DNA of 64,000 nt, taken from assembly GCF_965204145.1 (NCBI RefSeq), contig NZ_OZ241977.1, positions 2,319,356-2,383,355 on the forward strand, read 5' to 3'. The DNA comes from Candidatus Poriferisocius sp. (GTDB lineage Bacteria > Actinomycetota > Acidimicrobiia > Acidimicrobiales > Bin134). Within the stretch, counting starts at the first letter, position 1. Each line of letters opens with the position of its first letter. The notes below the pieces were generated by a model, which did no database searches, had not been told where the DNA came from, and saw only the letters and a list, made by a program, of their open reading frames with translations. Position numbers and translations under genes: made by a program. Below are positions 30,600-39,725 of this stretch, in pieces.

Positions 30600-30866
30600 A
30601 TGGAACAAGCCATCATCGCCCTGCTGGGGGTCAGCATTACCCTGACGCTCTACCTCGACCGCGGCCGGCGAGCTGACCTCGCCCAGCTTCGGACAGAAAT
30701 GAGAGCCGACCTCGCCCAACTCCGGGAAGAAACCCAGGCTGGTTTCGCCCAGCTCCACGGGCGGATCGACAAGCTCACCAAAGTCGTCATGGACCTTTGC
30801 CGCCGGGTGGGTCGGCTGGAAGGTCGGGCAGAAACCGCAGAATCACCGACCCAAGCTTCCCCATAG
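30600..30866 (+). CDS. Small membrane-anchored coiled-coil protein with 11-aa repeats
   Basis: 88 aa. N-terminal TM segment 'AIIALLGVSITLTLYL', followed by RADLAQLRTEM / RADLAQLREET / QAGFAQLHGRI (nt 30669-30767, 33-nt period). Confidence 0.4.
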   Translation: MEQAIIALLGVSITLTLYLDRGRRADLAQLRTEMRADLAQLREETQAGFAQLHGRIDKLTKVVMDLCRRVGRLEGRAETAESPTQASP

Positions 30867-30901
30867 GCACTCTTGGCCAAGGTAACCGCGGAAACAGCCA
30901 G

Positions 30902-32071
30902 CTAGCGGCCCGCGGGCCAGTGCTGGCGGTAGCGCTGCACCAACCAGCGGTTGAATTGCACGTGGGTTTCCTCCTGCCAGGAGTACCGTCCCCGTACCGC
31001 GAAGCGGGACCGCAGGCCTCGCTGAACCTTGGTGGTGGCGTCTTGGTCTTGGGCCACGAACACTTGCACTCCCTCGTCGCTGGCCTGGAACAGGTGGTCG
31101 AACATGGGGTGCTCAAGCGCGCTGGGGTGCAGCAGGTAGCCGATCTCCACGTCGATGGTCTCCGCTGATGTGGGCCGCACGATGAAGAAGAACGCCTGGT
31201 CGGGAGCGGTGCCGAAGCACAGGGTGGGCGGGATGAGCGCGAATGTGGAGCGCCACCGCTCCTCTTCGGTGAGCTGGGGGAAAACCGGCAACAAGGCCTT
31301 GCGGGTGGCGTTGAACCCGCCGTCGATGTGGGTGTAGCCGTTCTCCCGGAAGATCACGTTGGAGTCGTCCGACCACGGCACCGGGAACCGGGCCATCTCT
31401 GAGGGGCAGAAGTCCTGGATCACCTGGTGGAGGCGGTTGGCGTGGTAGCCGTCGTTGAAGTTCTCGAACATGACCTTCCAGTTCCAGGGGAGGTCTTCGA
31501 GCGTGAAGGTGCCGGGACACACGCAGTTGTCGAGCTCGTAGTTGACGAGGTACGGCTCGTACCGCTCCAGGGTGGGGGCCAGCGGCGAAGCATCGGGATT
31601 GAAGTTGACGAATATGAACCCGTGCCAGAGCTCCACCGCCAGATTGGGCAGGCCCCAGTCGTCGTTGTCGAAGCCCTCGGTTTGCTCCATGGCCGGGGCG
31701 CCCATCAGTCGGCCGTCCAACCGGTAGCTCCAGTGGTGGTAGGGACATCGGAAAGAGCGGCTGTTGCCCTCCCCCTCCACAACCTGCATGCCCCGGTGGC
31801 GGCAGATGGCTGAGAACGCCGCGATGCTGCCGTCTCGCTGGCGGGCCACGATGATGGGCTCGGTGCTCACCGTGGCGGTGAACCAGTCGCCGGTCTCCGG
31901 GATGCGGCTGGCCACCCCAACGCAGCACCACTCGTGCTCGAACAACGCCCGGCGCTCGAAGGCCAGGAACTCCTCGGAGGTGTAGATCTCGGGGGGAAGG
32001 GTCACCGCCGTGGCCACGTCGGTGATGGAATCGTCGAACGATGCCAGCAAATCGCTGGTCAACATGGTCAT
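30902..32071 (-). CDS. Rieske-type aromatic-ring-hydroxylating oxygenase, alpha subunit
   Basis: ORF trimmed to the ATG at 32071. Rieske motif 'CRHRG...CPYHHW' and mononuclear-iron region 'NFNDGYHANRLH'. Confidence 0.85.
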   Translation of the reverse strand: MTMLTSDLLASFDDSITDVATAVTLPPEIYTSEEFLAFERRALFEHEWCCVGVASRIPETGDWFTATVSTEPIIVARQRDGSIAAFSAICRHRGMQVVEGEGNSRSFRCPYHHWSYRLDGRLMGAPAMEQTEGFDNDDWGLPNLAVELWHGFIFVNFNPDASPLAPTLERYEPYLVNYELDNCVCPGTFTLEDLPWNWKVMFENFNDGYHANRLHQVIQDFCPSEMARFPVPWSDDSNVIFRENGYTHIDGGFNATRKALLPVFPQLTEEERWRSTFALIPPTLCFGTAPDQAFFFIVRPTSAETIDVEIGYLLHPSALEHPMFDHLFQASDEGVQVFVAQDQDATTKVQRGLRSRFAVRGRYSWQEETHVQFNRWLVQRYRQHWPAGR

Positions 32072-32075
32072 GTGA

Positions 32076-33575
32076 TCACCCCCTTGTCGCCTCTGCCTCT
32101 TGTCGTAGCAGGAACTTGCGGATTTTGCCGACGCTGGTGCGCGGCAGCTCGTCCATAAGCGTAAACGAGCGGGGCAGCTTGGCCTTGGCCAGCCGCTCTT
32201 GGCACCACGCCGACAGCTCTTCATCGGTTGGGGGTGTGGCGGAATCGGCGGGGACCACGAAGGCCACCGGCACCTCGTCGCGCACCGGATCGGGTGCGCC
32301 CACCACCGCGGCCTCCAACACCGCGGGGTGGCTGGCCAGCACCGACTCCACCTCCACTATGGACACGTTCTCCCCCGCTACCTTGAGCACGTCGGAGTGG
32401 CGGCCATCGAAGTAATGGCGACCGTCTTCATCGAGTCGAGCCCGATCGCCGGTGCGGAACCAGCCGTCGACGGTGAACGAGGCCGCGGTGGTGTTCGGAT
32501 CGTCCAGGTAGCCGGAGAACAGCGTCGAGCCGGGCTGTCCCCCGACCAGCACCTCACCGTCGCGCACGATGACCTGGCAGCCGGGGGTGACCTGGCCCAT
32601 AGATGACGGCACGGGATTATCAGCCGGCTCGGTGAGCACGGCGGGAATGGTCTCGGTCATGCCGTAGAGCTGGCGGGGCCGGCACCCGAGCCAGTCGGCC
32701 AGGGTTTCGTACTGGTCGTCGGCGATGTTCTGGGCGTACCAGCAGTGGCGCAGCCCCACACCTTTGACCGGGGCACCCCGGGCCAGGATCATCCGCATCG
32801 GGGCAGCGAACAGGCTGGCGCAGGTGGCCCGGTGCCGGGCGGCCTGGGCCAGGAAGCCGCTGGCGGAGAAGGCGGGCATCAGCGCCACCGAGGCCCCGGT
32901 CCAAATGGCCGAGGCGAACGAGTAGTACTGGGCGTTGGCGTGAAACAGAGGCAGCACCACGAGCTGGCGATCATCGGGGGCCAGATCGGCCCGCTCGGCC
33001 ATGACCTGACCGCAGAAGGCGTAGTTGGCCTGGGTGATCTCCACCCCCTTTGGGCGCCCGGTGGTTCCCGAAGTAAACATCACCGCCGCCCGGTCCCGAG
33101 GATCCACTGCGGGCCAGTCCACCCGGGCATTCCCCATCAGCGCATTGAGGCTGCCGCTGGCTTCGTCCAGTTCGGTGATGGCCACATCGGGGTTTGCCTC
33201 CGCGGCCTGGCGGTAGATACCGGCCCGATCCGCAGCGCAAAATCCGGCCTTCGGCTGTGTGCGCTCGATGTGGTCGGCGAGCTCTGGCACCTTGCCCATA
33301 GGGTCCGACGGCACGATCCACGCACCCAGCCGGTTGGCGGCCAGCCACAGGGCCACAAACGCCGGAGTGTTGGTCAGTGCCAAGTGCACCGAGTCGCCGG
33401 GGGTCACCCCCCGCTGGATCAGGCCAGCGGCAACATCGGCGATGACGGCGTCGAGCTGCTCGTAGGTCCAGGTTGCGGCGGTCCCGTCGGGCCGCTCAAA
33501 GATCAAGAAGACAGAATCGCAGTTACGCTCGACCGCTCGCTCCCAAACGGACGAGAACGCGACCGGATCAGCCAT
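32076..33575 (-). CDS. AMP-dependent CoA ligase
   Basis: ORF trimmed to the ATG at 33575 (8-nt overlap with the upstream gene). Carries 'MFTSGTTGRPKGV' and 'YGMTE'. Confidence 0.85.
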   Translation of the reverse strand: MADPVAFSSVWERAVERNCDSVFLIFERPDGTAATWTYEQLDAVIADVAAGLIQRGVTPGDSVHLALTNTPAFVALWLAANRLGAWIVPSDPMGKVPELADHIERTQPKAGFCAADRAGIYRQAAEANPDVAITELDEASGSLNALMGNARVDWPAVDPRDRAAVMFTSGTTGRPKGVEITQANYAFCGQVMAERADLAPDDRQLVVLPLFHANAQYYSFASAIWTGASVALMPAFSASGFLAQAARHRATCASLFAAPMRMILARGAPVKGVGLRHCWYAQNIADDQYETLADWLGCRPRQLYGMTETIPAVLTEPADNPVPSSMGQVTPGCQVIVRDGEVLVGGQPGSTLFSGYLDDPNTTAASFTVDGWFRTGDRARLDEDGRHYFDGRHSDVLKVAGENVSIVEVESVLASHPAVLEAAVVGAPDPVRDEVPVAFVVPADSATPPTDEELSAWCQERLAKAKLPRSFTLMDELPRTSVGKIRKFLLRQEAEATRG

Positions 33576-35163
33576 CAGGCTCTTCAAGTGCCCCGTAGCC
33601 TCCGCCGCCAGGCAGTTCGAGGCGCACCACATCATCGGGGTCGAGGGTGATGCGGCTCTGGGTGGTGACCGGCTCGCCGTTGACTTGGAAGGAGCCCGCC
33701 TCCCCGGCACCGCCGCCAAAGATGCCCTGCGGCGGATCGGACAGGCGGCTGGTGACGGCGTTAAGCAGCCACGGGCGAGAGGTGTCCACGCTGAACTCGA
33801 TGGTCTGTCCCTTGCCGCCGGGTTGGGCTCCCGGCCCCTCCGAGCCGGGGCGCAGCGCCTTGCGGGTGAAACGCACCGGCGCAGAGGCCTCCACCACCTC
33901 GATGGGCACGGCGCTCACCCCAGTGGGATAGGAGCAGGCGTCCAAGCCCGGCTTGGAGGCCCGGGCACCCACCCCTCCGGCGTAGGTGAACATGGCGGTG
34001 ATGAACGGGGTGCCGTCGTCGTGGTTGCCGCTCACCTGCATGGTCCACACTGCGCCTGCCCCTTCGGCCATTGATTCCTCCGGCTTGACCTGGGCGAGGG
34101 CTTTGAGCAGGGCGTTGGGCAAGAACATCCCCACCACGTGGCGGGCGGTGCCCGGCTGGGGCAGCACCGCGTTCACGATGGACCCCTCGGGGGCGGCCAT
34201 CTTGATCGGGGCCAGGCTGCCGTGGTTGTTGGGAATCTCCGGGTTCAGCACCGAGCGCACGGTGAAGGTGGTGTAGGCGTGGGTGTAGTTGCGGACCACG
34301 TTGATGCCCCACGGGCTGGCCTCCGACGTGCCGGCGTAGTCCACCAGGATTTCCCCGGCATCAGGGTCCACCCGCAAAGAGCACACAATGTCGATGCGGC
34401 TGCCGTCGGCCAGGTCGAGCACCGCATCGGCCTGGTACTCGCCGGCGGGCAGTTCGGCGATGCTGGCCCGGGTGGCGGCTTCGGAACGGTCGATGACCTC
34501 GTCGGCCAACTCCTCGATATCGTCGAGGTCGTAGGCGTCGCAGAGGGCGGCCAGCCGCTGGGCGCCCACCTCGCCCGATGCCATCTGGGCGTGCAGGTCG
34601 CCGGCCATGTGGTCGGGCTGGCGGACGTTGGACAAGATGAACTTCCACACGTCCTCGTTGCGCTCGCCGCGCCTCATGAGCTTGCAGATAGGGATCCACA
34701 GGCCCTCTTCAAAGCAGTCCCGGGCCCCCGCCCCGATGCCGTAGCCCCCCACGTCGGTGTGGTGGATGGTGGAGCCGAAATAGGCGATGGGCACGGGGTC
34801 GCCCCCGGCAGCCGGGGCGCGCCACACCGGTACCAGCACGGTCACGTCCAGCAACTGGCCCGCGGTGAGATAGGGGTCGTTGGTAACCAACACGTCGCCG
34901 GGCTCGAGAGCCTCGGGGGGGAATTCGTCCAGCATGTTGGCCGCGCCGATGGCCAGGGAGTTGATGTGGCCGGGAGTGCCGGTCACCGCCTGGGCCACCA
35001 TGCGGCCCCGCTTGTCGAACACCGCGTTGGCCAGGTCGCCGGCCTCGCGCACAATGGGGCTGAACGCGGCCCGCTGAAGGGCCCGAGCCTGCTCGTTCAC
35101 CACCGAGATGAGCGACTGCCACAGGATTTCCAGTTGAATAGGGTCGTAGGTGGTTTGGGTCAC
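33568..35163 (-). CDS. Hydantoinase B / oxoprolinase family protein
   Basis: 531 aa, beginning 'YDPIQLEILWQSLISVVNEQARALQRAAFSPIVREAGD', which is typical of HyuB. Confidence 0.9.
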   Translation of the reverse strand: MTQTTYDPIQLEILWQSLISVVNEQARALQRAAFSPIVREAGDLANAVFDKRGRMVAQAVTGTPGHINSLAIGAANMLDEFPPEALEPGDVLVTNDPYLTAGQLLDVTVLVPVWRAPAAGGDPVPIAYFGSTIHHTDVGGYGIGAGARDCFEEGLWIPICKLMRRGERNEDVWKFILSNVRQPDHMAGDLHAQMASGEVGAQRLAALCDAYDLDDIEELADEVIDRSEAATRASIAELPAGEYQADAVLDLADGSRIDIVCSLRVDPDAGEILVDYAGTSEASPWGINVVRNYTHAYTTFTVRSVLNPEIPNNHGSLAPIKMAAPEGSIVNAVLPQPGTARHVVGMFLPNALLKALAQVKPEESMAEGAGAVWTMQVSGNHDDGTPFITAMFTYAGGVGARASKPGLDACSYPTGVSAVPIEVVEASAPVRFTRKALRPGSEGPGAQPGGKGQTIEFSVDTSRPWLLNAVTSRLSDPPQGIFGGGAGEAGSFQVNGEPVTTQSRITLDPDDVVRLELPGGGGYGALEEPDG

Positions 35164-37247
35164 TGCTCCTCCCGAACGGCAACAAGGCTGGCGTCACCGG
35201 CAACCGTCACTTGCCAACCAGGGCGAATAATCGACGTAGTCTCCCGCTCTTCCACCAGTGCAGGCCCAGAGAAGGCCGCGCCAATGGCCAGGTCGGCCCG
35301 GCGGTAAACCGGGACTTCGATCGCGTCTTCCTCTCGACCGAATACCGCGGTGCGGACGGATGCTGGCTGGGGAGAGAGGTCGACGGCGGCTGGCGGCAAT
35401 TCGGCATCGGCTATCTCGGCCGGGTCGGCTCGGGCTGACAGGCGCCAAGTGACTACCTCAATAGGCACATCATCAATCGTCATGCCGTAGATCTGGCGGT
35501 ACTCAGCCTCGAACGCTTCGACCACCGCTTCGTCGGAGGCCTCCCAGGCATTACCTTCGCCCACCCAGACGGTGATCTCGTTTCCCTGGCCGGTGTAGCG
35601 GGCGTCGATGCCGTAGCGGAATCTGATGTCGGCCTCGGGCACACCGGCGCTGAGCAGCACCCGGCGGCCCTCCTCCCGCAGCTCGTCCAGCAAGCCTTCT
35701 CGTCCGGCAGGGTTGACCTCGGCCAGTTTCACCGGCATGGAGCGGGCCAGATCGATCCGTACGGGCGACACCAGGGTTCCGAAGGCCGACAGCACACTGG
35801 CGTTGACCGGGAATACCACCCGATCCGAGTCCAACAGCTCGGCCACCCGGCAGGCATGGGGCGGTCCAGCCCCGCCGAAGGCCAACACGGTGACACCTCG
35901 CAGGTCCACCCCCCGTTCCACGGCGTGCATGCGAGCGGCGGCGGCCATGTTCTGGCTGACCACCTCGTACATCCCCGCCGCGGTGTCGGTGTTCGACAGG
36001 CCCAGGCCGTCGGCCAAGGGCTCGATGGCCGCTTGGGCAAGGCCGGCGTCCAAGGGCATGTCACCGCCTAGGAAGGCATCGGGGTCCAACAGCCCGAGCA
36101 CCACGTCGGCGTCGGTCACCGCGGGCTGGTCGCCGCCCTGTCCGTAGCACGCCGGACCGGGGTCGGCCCCCGACGACTCAGGCCCCACCTTGAGCAGGCC
36201 GAACTGGTCGAGGTGGGCCAGGCTGCCGCCCCCAGCGCCGATCTCCACCAAGTCGACTGAGGGCACCGACACCGGAAAGCCCGACCCCTTCTTGAACCGA
36301 TAGCGCCGGGCCACCTCGAAGGTAGTGGTCAGCGCCGGCTCGCCTTCCTCCACCAGGGTGGCCTTGGCGGTGGTGCCCCCCATGTCGAAGGCCAGCAACC
36401 GGTGCTCCCCCATGCGGCGGGCGAACCACCGGGCGGCCAGAGCGCCCGCAGCCGGGCCTGACTCCACCAGCCGGATCGGCGCGGCGGCCGCGTCGTCGGC
36501 CGACACCACCCCGCCGTTGGACAGCATCATTAGCACCGACCCGCCGAATCCCTCGGCCGACAGCCACTTCTGAAGCTCATCCAGGTATGGCCCGATGACG
36601 GGCATGGTGGCCGCGTTGCAGGCCGCGGTGATCATGCGGGGGTACTCCCTGATCTGCGGCGAGATGTCGGCCGATGCGCACACTGGCACTCCCAGCTCCC
36701 GGCGCAGCTCATCAGCCAGCAGCCGCTCGTTGGCCGGGTTGACGTATGAGTTGAGCAGGCAAACCGCTACCGATTCGACGCCGGCCGCCTCCAGCTCTCG
36801 CACCAGCGCGGCCATGCTGGCCGCCGACGGCACCACCAGCACCTCCCCGGTGGCCGCGATGCGCTCGTCGATCTCGAAGGTGAGCTCCCGGCTGATGGGC
36901 GGATCGGGAAACTCGATCTGGAGGTCGTACATGTCGTAGCGGTGCTCGTCGCGGATCAACAGGGTGTCGCCGAAACCGGTGGTGGTAACCAGGGCGGCCC
37001 TGCCCGTCTTGTTCTCGATGAGGGCGTTGGTGATCAGCGTGGTGGCGTGGACGATGGGAGCAGTGATCTCACCGGGAGCCACCTCAGCTCGCCGCAAGAG
37101 CTGGCCCACCGCGGCCTGCACCCCTTCGAGGGGGGCGGCCGGAGTGGTGAGGGCCTTATTGACGGTTACCTCACCGGTGGCAGCGTCCAACAGCACCGCA
37201 TCGGTGAACGTGCCTCCGATGTCAACCGCCAGCCGCCAGTCGGACAT
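35160..37247 (-). CDS. Hydantoinase A / oxoprolinase family protein
   Basis: 695 aa with the 'RLAVDIGGTFTD' ATPase motif. 4-nt overlap with HyuB. Confidence 0.9.
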   Translation of the reverse strand: MSDWRLAVDIGGTFTDAVLLDAATGEVTVNKALTTPAAPLEGVQAAVGQLLRRAEVAPGEITAPIVHATTLITNALIENKTGRAALVTTTGFGDTLLIRDEHRYDMYDLQIEFPDPPISRELTFEIDERIAATGEVLVVPSAASMAALVRELEAAGVESVAVCLLNSYVNPANERLLADELRRELGVPVCASADISPQIREYPRMITAACNAATMPVIGPYLDELQKWLSAEGFGGSVLMMLSNGGVVSADDAAAAPIRLVESGPAAGALAARWFARRMGEHRLLAFDMGGTTAKATLVEEGEPALTTTFEVARRYRFKKGSGFPVSVPSVDLVEIGAGGGSLAHLDQFGLLKVGPESSGADPGPACYGQGGDQPAVTDADVVLGLLDPDAFLGGDMPLDAGLAQAAIEPLADGLGLSNTDTAAGMYEVVSQNMAAAARMHAVERGVDLRGVTVLAFGGAGPPHACRVAELLDSDRVVFPVNASVLSAFGTLVSPVRIDLARSMPVKLAEVNPAGREGLLDELREEGRRVLLSAGVPEADIRFRYGIDARYTGQGNEITVWVGEGNAWEASDEAVVEAFEAEYRQIYGMTIDDVPIEVVTWRLSARADPAEIADAELPPAAVDLSPQPASVRTAVFGREEDAIEVPVYRRADLAIGAAFSGPALVEERETTSIIRPGWQVTVAGDASLVAVREEQ

Positions 37248-37289
37248 GGGCTAGCTCTCTACTGGTCCGGAGCGGGAATCGGACATGGC

Positions 37290-37673
37290 CTAACCGGCGA
37301 GTAGATCGTCACGGGGTGGAGCGAACACGTCGAGGATCCAGCACTCCCCATACTCGTCGTCGCCGATGAACACCGAGTCGCCGTGCCACACCCCCTTGGG
37401 CGCGATATATGCCTCGCCCTCGCCCAGCACCACCCGCTCGGTGCTGTCGGGATCGTCGTTGATGCGGAAGTCGAGCTTGCCCCGCACGACGATGCCGAGT
37501 TGCTCGTGGTGCTCGTGGCGGTGCAGGAACGATCCGGTGGCACCTCCGGCGATGCGCCAGAAGCAGAGCTGGAGCCCGTCGCCGGTGATGACCCGGCGGC
37601 GGAAGCCTTCCCGATCGGTGTCTGTGAACAGGTCGTCGTCGTAGAAGTAGCAGTACTGGTTGGTGAGATCCAT
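37290..37673 (-). CDS. Cupin domain protein
   Basis: 127 aa with the 'HRHEHHEQLGIVVRG' cupin metal motif. Confidence 0.75.
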   Translation of the reverse strand: MDLTNQYCYFYDDDLFTDTDREGFRRRVITGDGLQLCFWRIAGGATGSFLHRHEHHEQLGIVVRGKLDFRINDDPDSTERVVLGEGEAYIAPKGVWHGDSVFIGDDEYGECWILDVFAPPRDDLLAG

Positions 37674-37687
37674 GGCGATGGCCTTGA

Positions 37688-38170
37688 TTATTCGTCAGCA
37701 GCGAGAGAGGCAAACCGCTGCTGCTCCTGAGCGAGATCTAGGGGCCGGATGATGGCCTGGTTCTCCTCGTCACCCCAGTGCTCGGCGGGAACCAGCCACA
37801 TCACCTCGAACTCCAAGCCGTCGGGGTCTTTGGCATACAGGCTCTTGTTGGCCCCGTGGTCGCTCTCGCCGTACAAGGCACCCGCCTCCACCAGCCGCTG
37901 ACGGATGGCGGCCAACTCCTCCAGGGTAGGAACCTCCCAGGCAATGTGGTACATCCCCACCGACCGGCGGCCAGCCGCCGACGGCTCGGCCCCGTCGCCG
38001 ATGGAGAAGAAGGCGATGTCGTGGTGGTTCTCCGAGGCTGGCGCCCTCATGAAAACGAACTGCCCCGGCTCGTCGATAATGGTCTCAAACCCCAGCACAT
38101 CGGCATAGAACTGCTGCTGGCGCCGGGCATCCCGCACATACAGCACCGCATGGTTCATCCCCGTGATCAT
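37688..38170 (-). CDS. VOC family protein (glyoxalase/extradiol dioxygenase fold)
   Basis: 160 aa with 'MNHAVLYVRDARRQQQFYADVLGFE' and 'HIAWEV'. Confidence 0.85.
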   Translation of the reverse strand: MITGMNHAVLYVRDARRQQQFYADVLGFETIIDEPGQFVFMRAPASENHHDIAFFSIGDGAEPSAAGRRSVGMYHIAWEVPTLEELAAIRQRLVEAGALYGESDHGANKSLYAKDPDGLEFEVMWLVPAEHWGDEENQAIIRPLDLAQEQQRFASLAADE

Positions 38171-38296
38171 GAACTAGCCCTTCTCATCGACCCCAGCGTA
38201 GCCAACGCCATCAGCTCTCTCAGCAGGAAGACATGACCTCGGACATCCCCATGCTGCGAGGTCTGGAGTGCTTCTGGCTGAACTGAATATATTCAT

Positions 38297-38533
38297 TTGA
38301 ACTACTTATGGATATACTCACGGACTGTGACGAAGCGTCTGGTTGACATTGATGACGCCCTCCTGGCTGAGGTACGAGAGCTGATCGGTGTAGCCACGAT
38401 GAAAGAGGCCGTCAACACCGCTTTGCAGCAATTGCTCGACACCGAACTCCGCCGACAGCACTTGCGCCGACTTGAAACTGGCCGGGGAACAGACCTCGGC
38501 GATGACGAGATCATGCAGGGCGCATGGCGCTAA
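38297..38533 (+). CDS. vapB: Type II antitoxin, VapB-like
   Basis: 'RLVDIDDALLAEVRELIGVATMKEAVNTALQQL' matches the common VapB antitoxin N-terminus. The track start at 38297 is a TTG and the in-frame GTG at 38327 is more likely. 10-nt overlap with the PIN gene. Confidence 0.75.
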   Translation: MNYLWIYSRTVTKRLVDIDDALLAEVRELIGVATMKEAVNTALQQLLDTELRRQHLRRLETGRGTDLGDDEIMQGAWR

Positions 38534-38943
38534 ATCCCCTGTACCTTGCCGACAAGAGTGCCCTCGCCCGATTCGATCATCCGCCAGTAGGCCACCGCCT
38601 CGGCCCGCTCCTGGTTGACGGCATGATCGCCACCTGCCCGATCATCGACCTTGAAATCCTCTACAGCGCCCGGTCCCTCGCCGATTACGAGGCCATCCTC
38701 GCCGAGCGCCGCTCACTGGTGTCCTACCCCATCTCCGAGCATGTGACTGATCGGGCCATCGAAGTCCAGCACCAGCTAGCCCATCTCGGCCAGCACCGAA
38801 TACCCCTACCCGATCTCCTCATCGCCGCCGTGGCCGAACTCAACGAGGTCACCGTCCTGCACTATGACGCCGACTACGACCGCATCGCCTCCATAACCCG
38901 GCAACCCAGCGAATGGATAGCCCCCCGAGGCTCAATCCCATAA
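38524..38943 (+). CDS. vapC: PIN-domain ribonuclease toxin, VapC-like
   Basis: 139 aa. Acidic PIN residues occur in 'YLADKSA', 'IIDLEILY', 'LPDLLIAAVA' and 'HYDADYD'. Confidence 0.85.
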   Translation: MALNPLYLADKSALARFDHPPVGHRLGPLLVDGMIATCPIIDLEILYSARSLADYEAILAERRSLVSYPISEHVTDRAIEVQHQLAHLGQHRIPLPDLLIAAVAELNEVTVLHYDADYDRIASITRQPSEWIAPRGSIP

Positions 38944-39001
38944 TCCGCTCACCCAGCAAGGGCAGCAGGCCATTTCCCGGCAATCATCGCGTCTGCCCCA
39001 A

Positions 39002-39430
39002 TCAGACAGGCACTACTTCAACTACCAGGCTGCATCCCACGGCTGCCAGAGCCTTGTTGACCTGTCCGATGTGCGAACGGTGGTCTGGATTCACCAAGCG
39101 TCGCACTGCTGCCTCGCTGATACTCAAGCGACGGGCCAGTTCCACTTTGGTTACTTCCTGCTCTCTCATCGCTGAGTAGAGAGCTAGCTTGGCGGCAACC
39201 ACGGTTGGCACCGCCACTAGCTCCTGCTGCTCCACCGGCGTCCCCGGCGGCGGAACATCCCTACCGCTTTGCAGATACCCCGAAAGGGCAACGGCAAGAG
39301 CATCAGCGGCCATCTTCATGGCCTCAGCCCGATCTGGCCCGCCAGTGACAGCTTCAGGCACATCAGGAAAAGTAGCCACAAACCATCCATCGGCATCAGG
39401 GGTGAGGTCACAGGGATAGGCGTAGATCAC
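39002..39430 (-). CDS. hicB: HicB-family antitoxin with C-terminal HTH
   Basis: 142 aa. 'YAYPCDLTPDADGWFVATFPDVPEAVTGG' is the HicB fold. 'TKVELARRLSISEAAVRRLV' is the HTH. Confidence 0.85.
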   Translation of the reverse strand: MIYAYPCDLTPDADGWFVATFPDVPEAVTGGPDRAEAMKMAADALAVALSGYLQSGRDVPPPGTPVEQQELVAVPTVVAAKLALYSAMREQEVTKVELARRLSISEAAVRRLVNPDHRSHIGQVNKALAAVGCSLVVEVVPV

Positions 39431-39433
39431 GGT

Positions 39434-39658
39434 TCAGAACTCCTTTGGATCGATCCCCAATTGACGCAGCATCGCAGCCACCATGCCCTTTGAAAGCTCG
39501 CCCCGCTGAACGGTGGTAAACCGTTCTCCAATGTAGAGTCGCCCATGGCTGCCCTTCCCGTGTGCTGCATCAAAATGGAATTCCTGTCCGGTCTTGCGGG
39601 CATGCCTTCGGACCCTTCTGACGAACTCGCTGCCGTTGATGCTAGCAGTATCGTACAT
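39434..39658 (-). CDS. hicA: HicA-family mRNA interferase toxin
   Basis: ORF 39434..39829 trimmed to the internal ATG at 39658 (74 aa). Carries the 'GKGSHGRLY' HicA/YcfA motif. Its stop is 3 nt before the hicB start. Confidence 0.8.
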   Translation of the reverse strand: MYDTASINGSEFVRRVRRHARKTGQEFHFDAAHGKGSHGRLYIGERFTTVQRGELSKGMVAAMLRQLGIDPKEF

Positions 39659-39725
39659 AAATGTACGATTTTCAAATGGATACGACAGATTGATACGAAT
39701 TGCCCTTAGGAGTGCAGGAGAATAA
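39659..39725. promoter_or_regulatory. Divergent control region shared by hicAB and the giant operon
   Basis: 67-bp AT-rich gap. TACGA occurs at 39664, 39681 and 39694, including GATACGA x2 with a 13-bp period. A GGAG Shine-Dalgarno lies 5 nt before the GTG at 39726. Confidence 0.4.
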
